64,000 bases of DNA. It comes from a virus. The DNA is taken from IMG/VR virus record IMGVR_UViG_3300008952_000005, positions 64,001 through 128,000 of that record; one strand, written 5' to 3'. Made by a program: the position numbers and the translations under genes. Below, one piece after another: positions 45,774 through 55,876 of the stretch. Each line of letters starts with the position of its first letter. Position 1 is the first letter of the stretch. The notes below the pieces were generated by a model, which searched no databases, was not told where the DNA came from, and worked only from the letters and a program-made list of their open reading frames with translations.

Positions 45774-46437
45774 TTATCGGTTCTAATTGGTTTTGCATTC
45801 TTTCTGATTCTGTTAATTCATAATGGTGGTCATCACTATCACCTGCTGTCCATTTATTCATATTATCTACACTATACTCTCTAGTAGATACTTTATAATC
45901 TGGTCTTTTTGGTTTACTAGGTGTTAATGATTTATCATAAAACAAAACTCTATTATTAGGTTGAGCAGCAAAATGCCCATTATCTAACTTTAGTATATTA
46001 AATGATTTATGTTGAGAAGGAGTTTCACTATACCCTACATTATTTTCTTTATTCGTTGCACAACAACTATCTATACTAAACATATAGTTTCCTTCATATA
46101 ATTTCTTACTTGGTGATAAAAACGTACATCTATTACCACTTACCAATTGTTTCTGTATAATAGTAATATCATAATCAAAACAATCCCATAACTGTAATTC
46201 TGGTAATGCTATATCTTCTTTTGTTTTTTTCCATACAAAAGCATTTATAGGTAACTTATCATATAGTGCTCCTGTTTCATACAAATAAGTTTCAAAGTAT
46301 AATGCTCTGCCTTGAATACTTTTAACAGTACACCAAATACCTGGTTCAAACTCTCCAAAACCTTTTTCTAAATCATAAAGGTATTGTTTTTTAACTAGTA
46401 CTTCCGTATGTGGTACATTTGCACATAAAAATGCCAT
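45766..46437 (-). CDS. Conserved hypothetical protein between nrdA and nrdB
   Basis: 223 aa; GALYDKLPI.AF, WDCF, G.FAAQPNNR. Confidence 0.75.
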   Translation of the reverse strand: MAFLCANVPHTEVLVKKQYLYDLEKGFGEFEPGIWCTVKSIQGRALYFETYLYETGALYDKLPINAFVWKKTKEDIALPELQLWDCFDYDITIIQKQLVSGNRCTFLSPSKKLYEGNYMFSIDSCCATNKENNVGYSETPSQHKSFNILKLDNGHFAAQPNNRVLFYDKSLTPSKPKRPDYKVSTREYSVDNMNKWTAGDSDDHHYELTESERMQNQLEPIND

Positions 46438-46446
46438 AAAGTTCCT

Positions 46447-48762
46447 TTAAATTACGCAGGTTTCACATTCTTCTTCGTCTTTTTTCTCCATTATAGTTTT
46501 TGTTTCTGGCACATCATCTTTCCAACCAATAGGGTGTACAGGTTCCTCTATATCTCTTTTACTATCATATGTATTCTGATAATAGGAAGTCTTCCATCCT
46601 AATTTATAAGTTGTTAATAAATCTTCCGCCATTATTGATAAAGGTATTTCTCCTTCTTCATAATTTTCAGGATTATACGACCAGTTTCCACTAATTGATT
46701 GGTCAAAATATTTCTGCATTACTGCTACTATGTTTATATATCCTTCGTTAGATTTCATATCCCATAACAATGTATAATTATTTTTCAATTTTTTATAATC
46801 AGGTACAACTTGTTTTAGAGTACCTTTTTTACTTTTCTTAACTGAAATATAGTCCCTAGGTGGTTCAATGCCGTTTGTGGCATTACAAACCACGCTAGAG
46901 CTTTCAGAAGGCATTTGAGCTGTGAGTGTGCTATGTCTTAACCCAAATTCCTTAATATCTTTCCTCAAGTCTTCCCATTTATAAGATAGTTTCCTAGATA
47001 CAATCTCATCAACTTCTTTTTTATAGGTGTCTATTGGTAAGATACCATCTGAATACTTTGTTTTAGAAAAGGATTCACATTTGCCCTTTTCTTTTGCTAA
47101 TTCATTACTTGCTTTTAATAGATAATATTGGAATGCTTCTGATAACTTGTCTACTTCTTTCCAAGCAGTTTTAGTTTCATAACCAAGTCCTAATGTTGCT
47201 AAGTAATGAGCAAGACCAATATATCCAATTCCTAAACTTCTTCTATTTCTTGTAGAAATTTCTGCCGCTCTAACTGGATATCCTTGATGGTCTATAACTT
47301 CATCTAATGACCTTACTGCTAAATCGCATAAGGATTCTAATTCATCTAAATCTTTTAAAAGTCCTACATTAATTGCTGATAAAATACATAATGCAATTTC
47401 TCCTTTACCATCTATATGACTTATTGGGTCTGTAGGTAAAGTAATCTCTTGACATAAATTAGACATATAAATTTTATCTTTAAAAGAGGAGTGAGTATTA
47501 CAATGGTCTATATTCATAATGTAAATACGACCTGTTTCTGCTCTTTCTTTTAAAATTGACATAAACAAGTCCTGTGCTTTTACTTTAGTTTTCCATACAC
47601 TTGTTTTTCTTTCTGCCGTTGTATATAGTTCATCAAATTCTTTTGTTCCCCACGCTTCATAAAGTTCTGGTACTTCGTGTGGTGAAAATAAAGTTATATC
47701 TTCATCATTAATAAATCTTTCGTAAAATAATTTTGATAACTGTATAGAGTAGTCTAATTTTCTTACTCTATTATCTTCACTACCTTTATTATTTTTTAAT
47801 ACAATAATATCTTCTATTTCTTTGTGCCAAATAGGAAAGTGAACGGTTGCCGAACCTCCTCGTACCCCATTTTGAGTACAACACTTAACAGTTGCTTCAA
47901 ATTTTTTAAGAAAAGGAATAACGCCAGTATGTTGTACTTCGCCACCTCTAATACGTGAGTTGATTCCTCTAATTCTTCCTGCATTGATACCAATACCTGC
48001 TCTTTGGGCAACATACTTGCCAATAGCCATATCACTGGAAAAAATACTAGGCAAAGTATCATCAACATCCACCAAGACACAACTCGCATACTGCCTAATA
48101 GGAGTTCGTACACCAGCCATAACAGGTGTTGGAATATTGATTTTAAAACGTGAAATAGCGTCATAATATTTTTTAACATAACTCATCCTTTTGTTTTTTG
48201 GATATTGTGAAAATAATGTAGCAGATATCATCATATACATAAATTGTGGTGTTTCAAAAATTTGTCCTGTACTTCTATCTTGCACTAGGTACTTATCAAT
48301 GACTTGACGTAAACCTGCATATGTAAAAGTATAATCTCTTTCGTGATTTAACCAATTTTCCATTCTATCAAAATCTTTTTTGTCATACCAAGTTAAAATT
48401 TCTTTATCATAGACGCCTTTGTCTATACCATTTTGTACGTGTTGAAAAATATGTGGATGATCCCACATTTTATGAAATAATTGTTTTCTTAAACTATAGA
48501 GTAATAGTCTAGCGGCAACATATTGATAATTTGGATTTTCTAAAGTGATTAAATCGTTTGCTGATTTAATTAAGATTTGTTGAATTTCGTTTGTTGATAT
48601 GCCATCATAAAATTGTAGACCACTATTCATTTCTACAGAAGAAGCAGAAACTTGCGTTATATCTTCACACGCATATTCTACCATTTGATGTATCTTCTCA
48701 ATGTTTAGAGATTCCTTACCTCTACCATTTCGTTTCACCACACTAATATTTTCATTCACCAT
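46447..48762 (-). CDS. nrdA: Class Ia ribonucleotide reductase alpha subunit
   Basis: ATP cone, PTP.MAG.RT, SCVL, SNLC.EI, MPSE.SS, C-terminal CETC. Confidence 0.97.
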   Translation of the reverse strand: MVNENISVVKRNGRGKESLNIEKIHQMVEYACEDITQVSASSVEMNSGLQFYDGISTNEIQQILIKSANDLITLENPNYQYVAARLLLYSLRKQLFHKMWDHPHIFQHVQNGIDKGVYDKEILTWYDKKDFDRMENWLNHERDYTFTYAGLRQVIDKYLVQDRSTGQIFETPQFMYMMISATLFSQYPKNKRMSYVKKYYDAISRFKINIPTPVMAGVRTPIRQYASCVLVDVDDTLPSIFSSDMAIGKYVAQRAGIGINAGRIRGINSRIRGGEVQHTGVIPFLKKFEATVKCCTQNGVRGGSATVHFPIWHKEIEDIIVLKNNKGSEDNRVRKLDYSIQLSKLFYERFINDEDITLFSPHEVPELYEAWGTKEFDELYTTAERKTSVWKTKVKAQDLFMSILKERAETGRIYIMNIDHCNTHSSFKDKIYMSNLCQEITLPTDPISHIDGKGEIALCILSAINVGLLKDLDELESLCDLAVRSLDEVIDHQGYPVRAAEISTRNRRSLGIGYIGLAHYLATLGLGYETKTAWKEVDKLSEAFQYYLLKASNELAKEKGKCESFSKTKYSDGILPIDTYKKEVDEIVSRKLSYKWEDLRKDIKEFGLRHSTLTAQMPSESSSVVCNATNGIEPPRDYISVKKSKKGTLKQVVPDYKKLKNNYTLLWDMKSNEGYINIVAVMQKYFDQSISGNWSYNPENYEEGEIPLSIMAEDLLTTYKLGWKTSYYQNTYDSKRDIEEPVHPIGWKDDVPETKTIMEKKDEEECETCVI

Positions 48763-48778
48763 TTTTATTTACACACTC

Positions 48779-49774
48779 CTAACATTTCTTATAATAGTTT
48801 AATTTAGTTAACGCTTCTAATTTACTAAAGGTATTATTACTTATGATATCTCTTAACTCGCTTATTTTCATTCCATTCATTATCATTTCATTTACATCTT
48901 TAAGTTGCACGTCATTTGGCCAAACTACTACGTTATAATTTTTTTCAATTACAGCGTACATCCTTTTTATGATTTCTTTATTACGAGGTTCGTTGTCAAA
49001 TATATATGTAACTTGGTCACTTGACACTCTTAATGTTAAGTCAGCACCACCTGCTGCTAAACAATTATCTAAAAACAAACTATCAAGTGGACCTTCAACT
49101 ATGTAAATATGTTTTTGAAAATTTACACGTTCAAGTCCATATACTTTTTGTTTTGTTTCATCAAGTTTAATTGTAATGTATTTTGGTTGTTCTTTTCCAA
49201 ATGCTCTGCCTTGGAATGCAAACAACGTACCAGTTACGTCAAAGAAAGGAATTATTAATCTAGGGTGTTCATAACGTTCTTTAAAAGTTCCTGGTTTCAC
49301 TTTATTGGCAAAATTGTGAAATTTGTCAACAAAATAAATTATTTCATAATATTGTGGAGGAATCAATCTCTTCTTTACGTACTCCTTTACAGGATGTCCG
49401 TCTTTTAACGTACTTACTTTAATACAAGAATCTAATAAATTTGTTTCTTTAAATTTTGTTGGTTTAAAGTCAAATTTCGGCTGGGGCGTGGATGGTGCCG
49501 ATCCCTTGTATCTCTCTAATAAGTATTCTCCGTATTTTTTTGGATCCAAGAATTTAATGAAATTTGCTAAATTCTGACCCATACCACAATTGTGGCATTT
49601 GAAGAACATATCATTTTTTACTCTATAAAGATATGCCCTTGCTTTTGTTTTACTCTTCTGCGAGTCTCCACAATGTGGACACCTAAAATTGAAAAGATAA
49701 TCTGTCTTCTTTTTAAACTGGCTTAATGCTGAAGAAATAGCATTAATATACTTTAAATCTATATAACTTGACAT
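48779..49774 (-). CDS. gp61: DNA primase gp61
   Basis: NFRCP.CGDS, FKCHNC, RLIIPF, FQGR, IVEGPLDSLF, DNEPRN. Confidence 0.95.
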   Translation of the reverse strand: MSSYIDLKYINAISSALSQFKKKTDYLFNFRCPHCGDSQKSKTKARAYLYRVKNDMFFKCHNCGMGQNLANFIKFLDPKKYGEYLLERYKGSAPSTPQPKFDFKPTKFKETNLLDSCIKVSTLKDGHPVKEYVKKRLIPPQYYEIIYFVDKFHNFANKVKPGTFKERYEHPRLIIPFFDVTGTLFAFQGRAFGKEQPKYITIKLDETKQKVYGLERVNFQKHIYIVEGPLDSLFLDNCLAAGGADLTLRVSSDQVTYIFDNEPRNKEIIKRMYAVIEKNYNVVVWPNDVQLKDVNEMIMNGMKISELRDIISNNTFSKLEALTKLNYYKKC

Positions 49775-49787
49775 AACACTATCTCAT

Positions 49788-49816
49788 AATATACACCATA
49801 TCACAAAAAAAGTCAA
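49788..49816 (-). promoter_or_regulatory. Sigma70-like promoter TTGACT-17-TATATT for primase-nrdA operon
   Basis: Near-consensus with a 17-nt spacer. Confidence 0.7.
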
Positions 49817-49889
49817 GTCTGTACACGAAAACCTGGTGACAAAAAAATACCCAGGCTATTTTCCTCGGGTAAAAGGTAAGAGTTTTTTA

Positions 49890-50318
49890 CTAGCTCAGCA
49901 TATTCAAAATTTGCTCAAAATTACCTGCTACTATCCATCCTATTACTATAGCAGCACCTAATATAATCCATCTATATTTTTCTAATACACCAACTCTAAC
50001 ACCAATAGCATTATAAACTGTTTTAATCTCTAGTAATAAACGTCTTTCAGTTTGTTCTATTTCTCTAGTTAAATCTCTACGTATATTGTCTATTTCACCT
50101 GCACGTTCTTTTAACTTCTCAAATATAACTTCATCAATTTGTTCTTGTCTATTGATTTTTTCTGAATGGACTGCCAACATAGACTTAATAGATGTTGATA
50201 CATCTGTTAATTTGTCTATTGCTGTGTCTAAACGGTTGTGAATTCTATCAAATTCTTCAACGTCTTTTTTGAGTTTAGCAATATCTACTTTTGTTTTAAT
50301 TCCGTTATTTTCGTCCAT
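49890..50318 (-). CDS. Coiled-coil protein with C-terminal TM (XhlA/DUF7201-like)
   Basis: Heptads followed by LEKYRWIILGAAIVIGWI. Confidence 0.65.
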   Translation of the reverse strand: MDENNGIKTKVDIAKLKKDVEEFDRIHNRLDTAIDKLTDVSTSIKSMLAVHSEKINRQEQIDEVIFEKLKERAGEIDNIRRDLTREIEQTERRLLLEIKTVYNAIGVRVGVLEKYRWIILGAAIVIGWIVAGNFEQILNMLS

Positions 50319-50425
50319 TAGAAATCTCTATCTATCCACTTGTAAATACTCCAATTCATATAGAGTAATAGACCCATTATTAACCAAAAATTAATTGTTC
50401 CCCAATCCATTATACGTTTCTCCAT
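50318..50425 (-). CDS. Very small membrane protein (35 aa)
   Basis: Hand translation MEKRIMDWGTINFWL...; stop overlaps the next ATG. Confidence 0.4.
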   Translation of the reverse strand: MEKRIMDWGTINFWLIMGLLLYMNWSIYKWIDRDF

Positions 50426-50540
50426 TGTGTTGGCAACCACCATTCGGTGTACCAATGTCTAAATTGTGCTGGGTGTCTACCTATGATAAAGATATACCAG
50501 AAACCCTTTATTAATTCTTTTATTGCTGTTAACCTACTCA

Positions 50541-52688
50541 TTAATCCGTTTGTATTATAGTAATATTATTTTGTGTAGAGGAACTCCCTACGTCCACGTG
50601 TTGAGCTTCTGAATCTTGTAAAATCTGTATATCTGCTTCTTTACTTGTTTCAGTTTTTACATACGCTCTATGGCTATCATTATATCTATTTATGATTGTG
50701 TAGTCACCAGACGTTGAAGCAGTTGCGTTAAAGTCGTTATCTAACGTTGATACTCTTCCTGTAGAAGTAGTACTTGTTGACACACCACCGCTTGTTGTAG
50801 TTAAGGTTTGAGTTACATCTCCAGTAGAATAATTTAATGTTTCACCACTAGCAGTTACTTGCGTTTCTGAACCACTATTGTCTACCCATTCAGTACCACA
50901 ACTAGAGTTGGCATTGTCCCAATAGTATCCATAATTTAAACACTCTTCTTTATCATAACTTGCTAATAATAATTCTAATTCTGCGTCTATATCATAGTCA
51001 TCTTCGTAACCATATTCATCTTCCCAATTGGTCTCATCTGATTCATTATTGTAATCGTAACCTGTATACCACCAATCATATACTGCGTCCCAATATGTAT
51101 TCCAATCTGACCATTCCCAATCTGTTATGTACGTATTCTTTAAATCTTTCATCTTCCAAGGTTTAGGTTGATTTTCACACATTTTATAATTAGGATAACT
51201 TCCACACCAACCATATAATTTACCCCATATCTTTTTAGATTCTTTAGTCCAACTATCATTGGTTACTTTTAAAGTCCAGTCATCTTTGTACCACGAATTT
51301 AACCAATCAACATAGTCTTGGTTACACCAGTAGTCATCATAGCCATTGTACTCACAATAATTTTGTATAGTTAATGTTGGTGGACCGCCTGCCGCTTTGT
51401 ATTCTGCATTGTTATAATAGTCATCATCTAAAGCAAAATCTTCCCAAGTATATCCTTCAACTACATCTGCTTCTGTTTCATCTTTTGTATCTTCAACTAC
51501 GTTAACCTCTTCTTCTTCAACTGCCCAAGAAGTTAAACCATAATCTTCTAATAATTCATTATACTCATCATAGTATGCGTCCCAATCAACTGCGTCCCAA
51601 TCTACATCATCCCAATTAATAGTATCCCAAGTACAATCTGAACAACCAATGGCGTCAAAGTATGCTTGATCCATTTCTGCATACATTTTCTTTGCGTCAT
51701 CCCAATCCATAGTTTGTTCACCTTCGGCATCCCAAACTGAAATCTGATTATCTTCATCTATATAACCCCAATCTTTTAAATCTTCTTCCCAGGAATCATA
51801 ATAAGATGTATCAACTTCTTCTACTTCAACTAATGCTGTTTCTTCTGCTGACTTTGTTTCAACTATTGCGTCTGTTTCACCAACAGATAAATCTGTAGCG
51901 ACAATTGTATTACTATCTTCTACTACACTTGCTTCTTCATTAATTAATGCCTCTTCCATTGCCTGTGCTTCAGATTCTTCTTTAGACATTTCAGTTTTCA
52001 TATCTACATCACCAAAATGTTTTTGAGATTCATCTTTTATTTCTTCTTCAAATTCATTTAACTCAATAATATCTGACTTATTAGTTTCTATTTTTGGAGG
52101 TGTTGGTGCTAAATCATTTGATAAAACGGTTACTGAATTGTAAGCGTTAGTTATTGTTTGAGAACCTGCGTCATTGGATACAGTTACTTGTCCTACTACA
52201 CCAGAACTATCTGGCAACAAAGTAATAGTTGCTTCACCTGTAGATGTTACCGTTCCTGAAAAAGCAGTACCTTGTACTGTAATTGTGGCATTACCAGCAT
52301 TGATATTAACTTCACCACCTAAATTAGATATAGAACCTGATTCATATGTAAATGTACCAACATTAACCGATATGTTCATTGCAATTTCTATTGGTACAAC
52401 AGAAGTATCAAAAGCAAATTCATCAATAGTTAATTCTGTATTTGGTCCCATTGTAAATTTAGTTTTATCAACATATGATAAAATCATACCACCATCTTCT
52501 CCAGTTTGGAGAAAGTCATTCATCTGCAACTCATAACCCATTGAGGTATTTTGAGTTGAACCATCTCTTTCGTTCCAAGTCGTACCCATTTGACCTATGA
52601 CTTCGCCAACTTTTGGACCTGTTATTTGTGAGAAAACACTAGTACAAAAAAGTACCAGAAAAGATATTAAAAATAAAAACTTCTTCAT
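50541..52688 (-). CDS. Secreted FecR-domain protein with long acidic Trp/Tyr/Asp-rich region
   Basis: Signal peptide; FecR-like D.LQTG.DG....Y.D.T...MGPNT.L.IDEF, A.I.V.GT.F; DW/YYD repeats; curlin-like C-terminus. Confidence 0.75.
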   Translation of the reverse strand: MKKFLFLISFLVLFCTSVFSQITGPKVGEVIGQMGTTWNERDGSTQNTSMGYELQMNDFLQTGEDGGMILSYVDKTKFTMGPNTELTIDEFAFDTSVVPIEIAMNISVNVGTFTYESGSISNLGGEVNINAGNATITVQGTAFSGTVTSTGEATITLLPDSSGVVGQVTVSNDAGSQTITNAYNSVTVLSNDLAPTPPKIETNKSDIIELNEFEEEIKDESQKHFGDVDMKTEMSKEESEAQAMEEALINEEASVVEDSNTIVATDLSVGETDAIVETKSAEETALVEVEEVDTSYYDSWEEDLKDWGYIDEDNQISVWDAEGEQTMDWDDAKKMYAEMDQAYFDAIGCSDCTWDTINWDDVDWDAVDWDAYYDEYNELLEDYGLTSWAVEEEEVNVVEDTKDETEADVVEGYTWEDFALDDDYYNNAEYKAAGGPPTLTIQNYCEYNGYDDYWCNQDYVDWLNSWYKDDWTLKVTNDSWTKESKKIWGKLYGWCGSYPNYKMCENQPKPWKMKDLKNTYITDWEWSDWNTYWDAVYDWWYTGYDYNNESDETNWEDEYGYEDDYDIDAELELLLASYDKEECLNYGYYWDNANSSCGTEWVDNSGSETQVTASGETLNYSTGDVTQTLTTTSGGVSTSTTSTGRVSTLDNDFNATASTSGDYTIINRYNDSHRAYVKTETSKEADIQILQDSEAQHVDVGSSSTQNNITIIQTD

Positions 52689-53056
52689 TTCTTAAACACC
52701 TCATCTAAATCATTATAAAACGATTCTTTATCTGCATACCCTATTATTCTTACCAATTCTTTTCTACCATTCCATACAATAAATGTTGGTGTTCCTCTAA
52801 TAGGTTTAATTCTTCCTTCAGCATATGCCTCTTTAAACCATTTAGGTTGATTATATAAATTAATAATAACTAAAGGTAAATCTTCATACTCATAGTCAAC
52901 TCCTACCTCTTGTAAAAAGTTTTGACATATACCACACATAGGATTGTGTGCCATTAATAATTCATTTGCTTTCGCTGATGATATGCCTAATACTAATAAT
53001 ACAGTAACACAAATTATTATTGCCCATTTTTCCCAAGGGTTGTGAAATAGTTTCAT
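52685..53056 (-). CDS. Exported thioredoxin-like protein (SoxS-like)
   Basis: Signal/TM; CGIC; GTPTF.VW....E..RI.GY. Confidence 0.8.
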   Translation of the reverse strand: MKLFHNPWEKWAIIICVTVLLVLGISSAKANELLMAHNPMCGICQNFLQEVGVDYEYEDLPLVIINLYNQPKWFKEAYAEGRIKPIRGTPTFIVWNGRKELVRIIGYADKESFYNDLDEVFKK

Positions 53057-53184
53057 TTAAATTTCTTCTTCTTTTCTTTTCTTTTCCATTTTTCTGGATA
53101 GTAATTGTGGATTAGTGTACAGATTATGCCACCCGATAAACATATTGTACCAAATATTAAAAAGAAAGCAAAAAAACCTTTCAT
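53053..53184 (-). CDS. Small membrane protein (43 aa, MKGFFAFFL...)
   Basis: Hand translation; ATGA overlap with the thioredoxin gene. Confidence 0.5.
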   Translation of the reverse strand: MKGFFAFFLIFGTICLSGGIICTLIHNYYPEKWKRKEKKKKFK

Positions 53185-54276
53185 TTAACACCCATTAGAT
53201 ACTGTTGCTGTTACGTCTGCTGTTTGATTGTTTCTGTTATAAGAATAAGTACAAGTATATGATCCAGTTTGAGCAAAGTTTAATGTGTAATCGTAAATTG
53301 AATCACCTGTTATAGTAACCTTACCAGTATTACCACCACCTGTTTGAGCAAAATTTATTACTGTATCATCTGTATAAAGGAAAATTCTAGCAGTATTATT
53401 ACCGCCTGCCATATGTAATCTAATTGTATTACTATCGCCATTTATTATCGTTCTTAACCAATTGTTATCGCCAGATATTATAGCTGAGTCTCCATATGGG
53501 TCTGTATCAGCACTAGTATAACTAGAGTGAATATCTAAAAGATTTGAACTGCCTATAAAATCGTGTAGTTGATAGTTACCTGTACCATATGATGAAGTGT
53601 GTATTACATTTGAATTTCCTACTATGTAAATATCTGCACTTGCACCTTCACTACCTGAACTGTCTGCAAAATAACCGTGTGAAGAAGTTAGTGGACCAAT
53701 TGCTTTGTTAGAGTTTGTATTAAATCCTACTGAATCAGTTGTACTATACCACTCTACAGTATTACTATCACCGTTCATAAGAACATATAAGAAGTGATTA
53801 TCACCTCTATTCTGAACCCAAAATGTATTTGAGTCACCAACAATATCTAAATCAACATTGAAATTTGCTGAATCATCTGTCCAAGTATCATAGTCTACTA
53901 CATTTGAATTACCTGTAATAGTATGACCTAAATAATGACCTGTAGCATCCGTATCATCTATACCTAATCTTAATTTATTAGAATTACCAGTTGCTGTATA
54001 TAATAAAGTCATATCCTCACCATAAAAGTGTTGGTGACCAGAATAATCTGATACATTATTATTACCTATCTGATTTATAATGATTGTAATGTTCTCTCCA
54101 TTGACTTTAAATGGATATGTTGTTGAATAACCAACAGTATTACCTGTTCCATCTTGTTTTATAAAGATAGAACCATCGCTGTCTTGATTGTCTTGTTGAA
54201 TCCAAACTGAATTACCTGCTAGGCAATTACTCGTTAATGCTATTAGAGTCAACAGAATCATTATCATTTTTTTCAT
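53185..54276 (-). CDS. Secreted curlin-like (CsgA/CsgB-type) repeat protein
   Basis: Signal peptide; many Q/I-x-G-x-x-N repeats (QDGTGN, QIGNNN, TGNSN, GDSN, GGNN, QTGGGN); next to csgG. Confidence 0.7.
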   Translation of the reverse strand: MKKMIMILLTLIALTSNCLAGNSVWIQQDNQDSDGSIFIKQDGTGNTVGYSTTYPFKVNGENITIIINQIGNNNVSDYSGHQHFYGEDMTLLYTATGNSNKLRLGIDDTDATGHYLGHTITGNSNVVDYDTWTDDSANFNVDLDIVGDSNTFWVQNRGDNHFLYVLMNGDSNTVEWYSTTDSVGFNTNSNKAIGPLTSSHGYFADSSGSEGASADIYIVGNSNVIHTSSYGTGNYQLHDFIGSSNLLDIHSSYTSADTDPYGDSAIISGDNNWLRTIINGDSNTIRLHMAGGNNTARIFLYTDDTVINFAQTGGGNTGKVTITGDSIYDYTLNFAQTGSYTCTYSYNRNNQTADVTATVSNGC

Positions 54277-55357
54277 CTACTTCCTCCCAGGCTTTCTCGT
54301 CTTCTATTTTTTCTTTTATCTTGTTTTTGTTTTCTTCTTTTTGAATTTCTTTTGTTTTAAGTGCTTCTAAATGTGCTAAATGTGCTTGATATTCGTCCCA
54401 AGTTTTAAACTTTGTTTTATTGGCTTTGTTATAATTTTTTACTTCAAGTTTTTGTGCTTTCTTTAATTCTTTTTTAGCTTTCTTTTCTTTCTTAAAATCT
54501 TCGTATGTTTTCTCTGGTTTTGCTTCGCCAATATCAACTGTTATTTCATCTGCTACTACTTTTAAATCTTCTGTTGGTACTATTTCCACTAGTTCAAATT
54601 CCCATAGTCCTTTTTCTGCACCTTCATTAATTAATTCTACTACACCTTTTTCTATTGCTTTTCTTACTGCATAAGTTACAGGTTCATTTCTTGCCACACC
54701 TGCTTCAATCTCTACTAACATTGTATCAGTATCTAAATATTTAAATATATCGCTGCCAGTTTCACCTGATATTATAGTCTTCTCAACAGTAAGTGATACC
54801 ACTACTTCACCTGTTTGTACATTAACAAGTCTTAATATAATTGTAACTACATCTTGTCGCCATTGTTTATGTGCTTGTATACCTAAAATTCTTGCACCAA
54901 AACCACCTGTCTTTACATCACTATCATAACCTACTATACCACCTGTTATATATGCACCTGCAAATAACAATGGTGGTAATGGTTCTGCACCTTCTCCATT
55001 AACTTGTTGTCTTGTAGAACGGATTAATTTTCTTTCTTGTAATAAACTTGGCAAACTTGCTCGTTCTACTATTCTAAACCATTTGCCATCACCTGCGTCT
55101 TGTAATGCTTTAATTAATAACTGATATGATCCTTGAGTTACTGCTGTACTCATAGACGCAAAGTTACCACCAGGTTTCTTTTGTCCTGTCATATCTAAAA
55201 AATCATATACTGCAATGATAATAGGATCGCCTTTAGGTAATTTCACTTCCGTTAATTCTTTATACAGAACAGGTTGAGACCTAACATCAAAGTCAGGTTT
55301 ACCAGCACAACTAACTAACAATAATGTTAGTAATAATATAACTATACTTCTAAACAT
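54227..55357 (-). CDS. csgG: Curli secretion channel lipoprotein CsgG with charged C-terminal extension
   Basis: Lipobox LVSC; IAVYDF.D.TGQ.K, S.AVTQG....LI.AL, F..VER..L..LL.ER.LIR, GG.VGYD, D.VT..LR.V...TGEV, NEP...AV; likely start MFRSIV. Confidence 0.9.
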   Translation of the reverse strand: MFRSIVILLLTLLLVSCAGKPDFDVRSQPVLYKELTEVKLPKGDPIIIAVYDFLDMTGQKKPGGNFASMSTAVTQGSYQLLIKALQDAGDGKWFRIVERASLPSLLQERKLIRSTRQQVNGEGAEPLPPLLFAGAYITGGIVGYDSDVKTGGFGARILGIQAHKQWRQDVVTIILRLVNVQTGEVVVSLTVEKTIISGETGSDIFKYLDTDTMLVEIEAGVARNEPVTYAVRKAIEKGVVELINEGAEKGLWEFELVEIVPTEDLKVVADEITVDIGEAKPEKTYEDFKKEKKAKKELKKAQKLEVKNYNKANKTKFKTWDEYQAHLAHLEALKTKEIQKEENKNKIKEKIEDEKAWEEVDEKNDNDSVDSNSINE

Positions 55358-55821
55358 TATGAGTTGTCTTCTTTCGGCATTGTAAATGTTGTTACAGTTC
55401 CGTCGGTCTCCGTGACAGTTACGCTTACAGTATCGTTTGCTCCTGTAGTTGTTGTTGCCCAAGTTACTACTTCACCACCAACTGGTGATGTAAATGTACC
55501 AGAGTCTTGTTGTAGACCATCTGTACCAAAAACATTATCTGTAAGTTGTTTAGCAAGTGCTGTATAAAATCTTGATTCAACATTTGCTTTAAATTTTGCT
55601 ATTGCTGTTGCCTTGGCGTCTGCTATTACTTTATCTGCCGCCGCTTTATTCGCTGCCTTTATAGCATCCTTCCTAGTCTTCTCAATATTCTCTATCGTTA
55701 GATAATGTGAAGATTTACCTTGACCTGAAAATGATGGACTATGAAATTTAAAACTTAATTCACTTGCATAGGCACTAGGAACTAACAATAATACTGTTAA
55801 AATAATGGTTATTAATCGCAT
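55357..55821 (-). CDS. csgF: Curli assembly protein CsgF-like
   Basis: Signal peptide; mature SEL.FKF.SPSF.G, F...VESR....LA.QL...FG, C-terminal T.T.TDG..T. Confidence 0.8.
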   Translation of the reverse strand: MRLITIILTVLLLVPSAYASELSFKFHSPSFSGQGKSSHYLTIENIEKTRKDAIKAANKAAADKVIADAKATAIAKFKANVESRFYTALAKQLTDNVFGTDGLQQDSGTFTSPVGGEVVTWATTTTGANDTVSVTVTETDGTVTTFTMPKEDNS

Positions 55822-55844
55822 TTTCCTTCTCTCTTTGATGTATA

Positions 55845-55852
55845 TATTTATA
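55845..55852 (-). promoter_or_regulatory. T4-type late promoter TATAAATA upstream of csgF
   Basis: Exact match about 24 nt upstream of the csgF ATG. Confidence 0.7.
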
Positions 55853-55876
55853 AGATATCTGTACTAAATAGTACGT

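Noticed and set aside
44670-48762. Possible introns/inteins in nrdA or nrdB
   Set aside because: Both ORFs are continuous and of normal length, with no intein or homing endonuclease motifs
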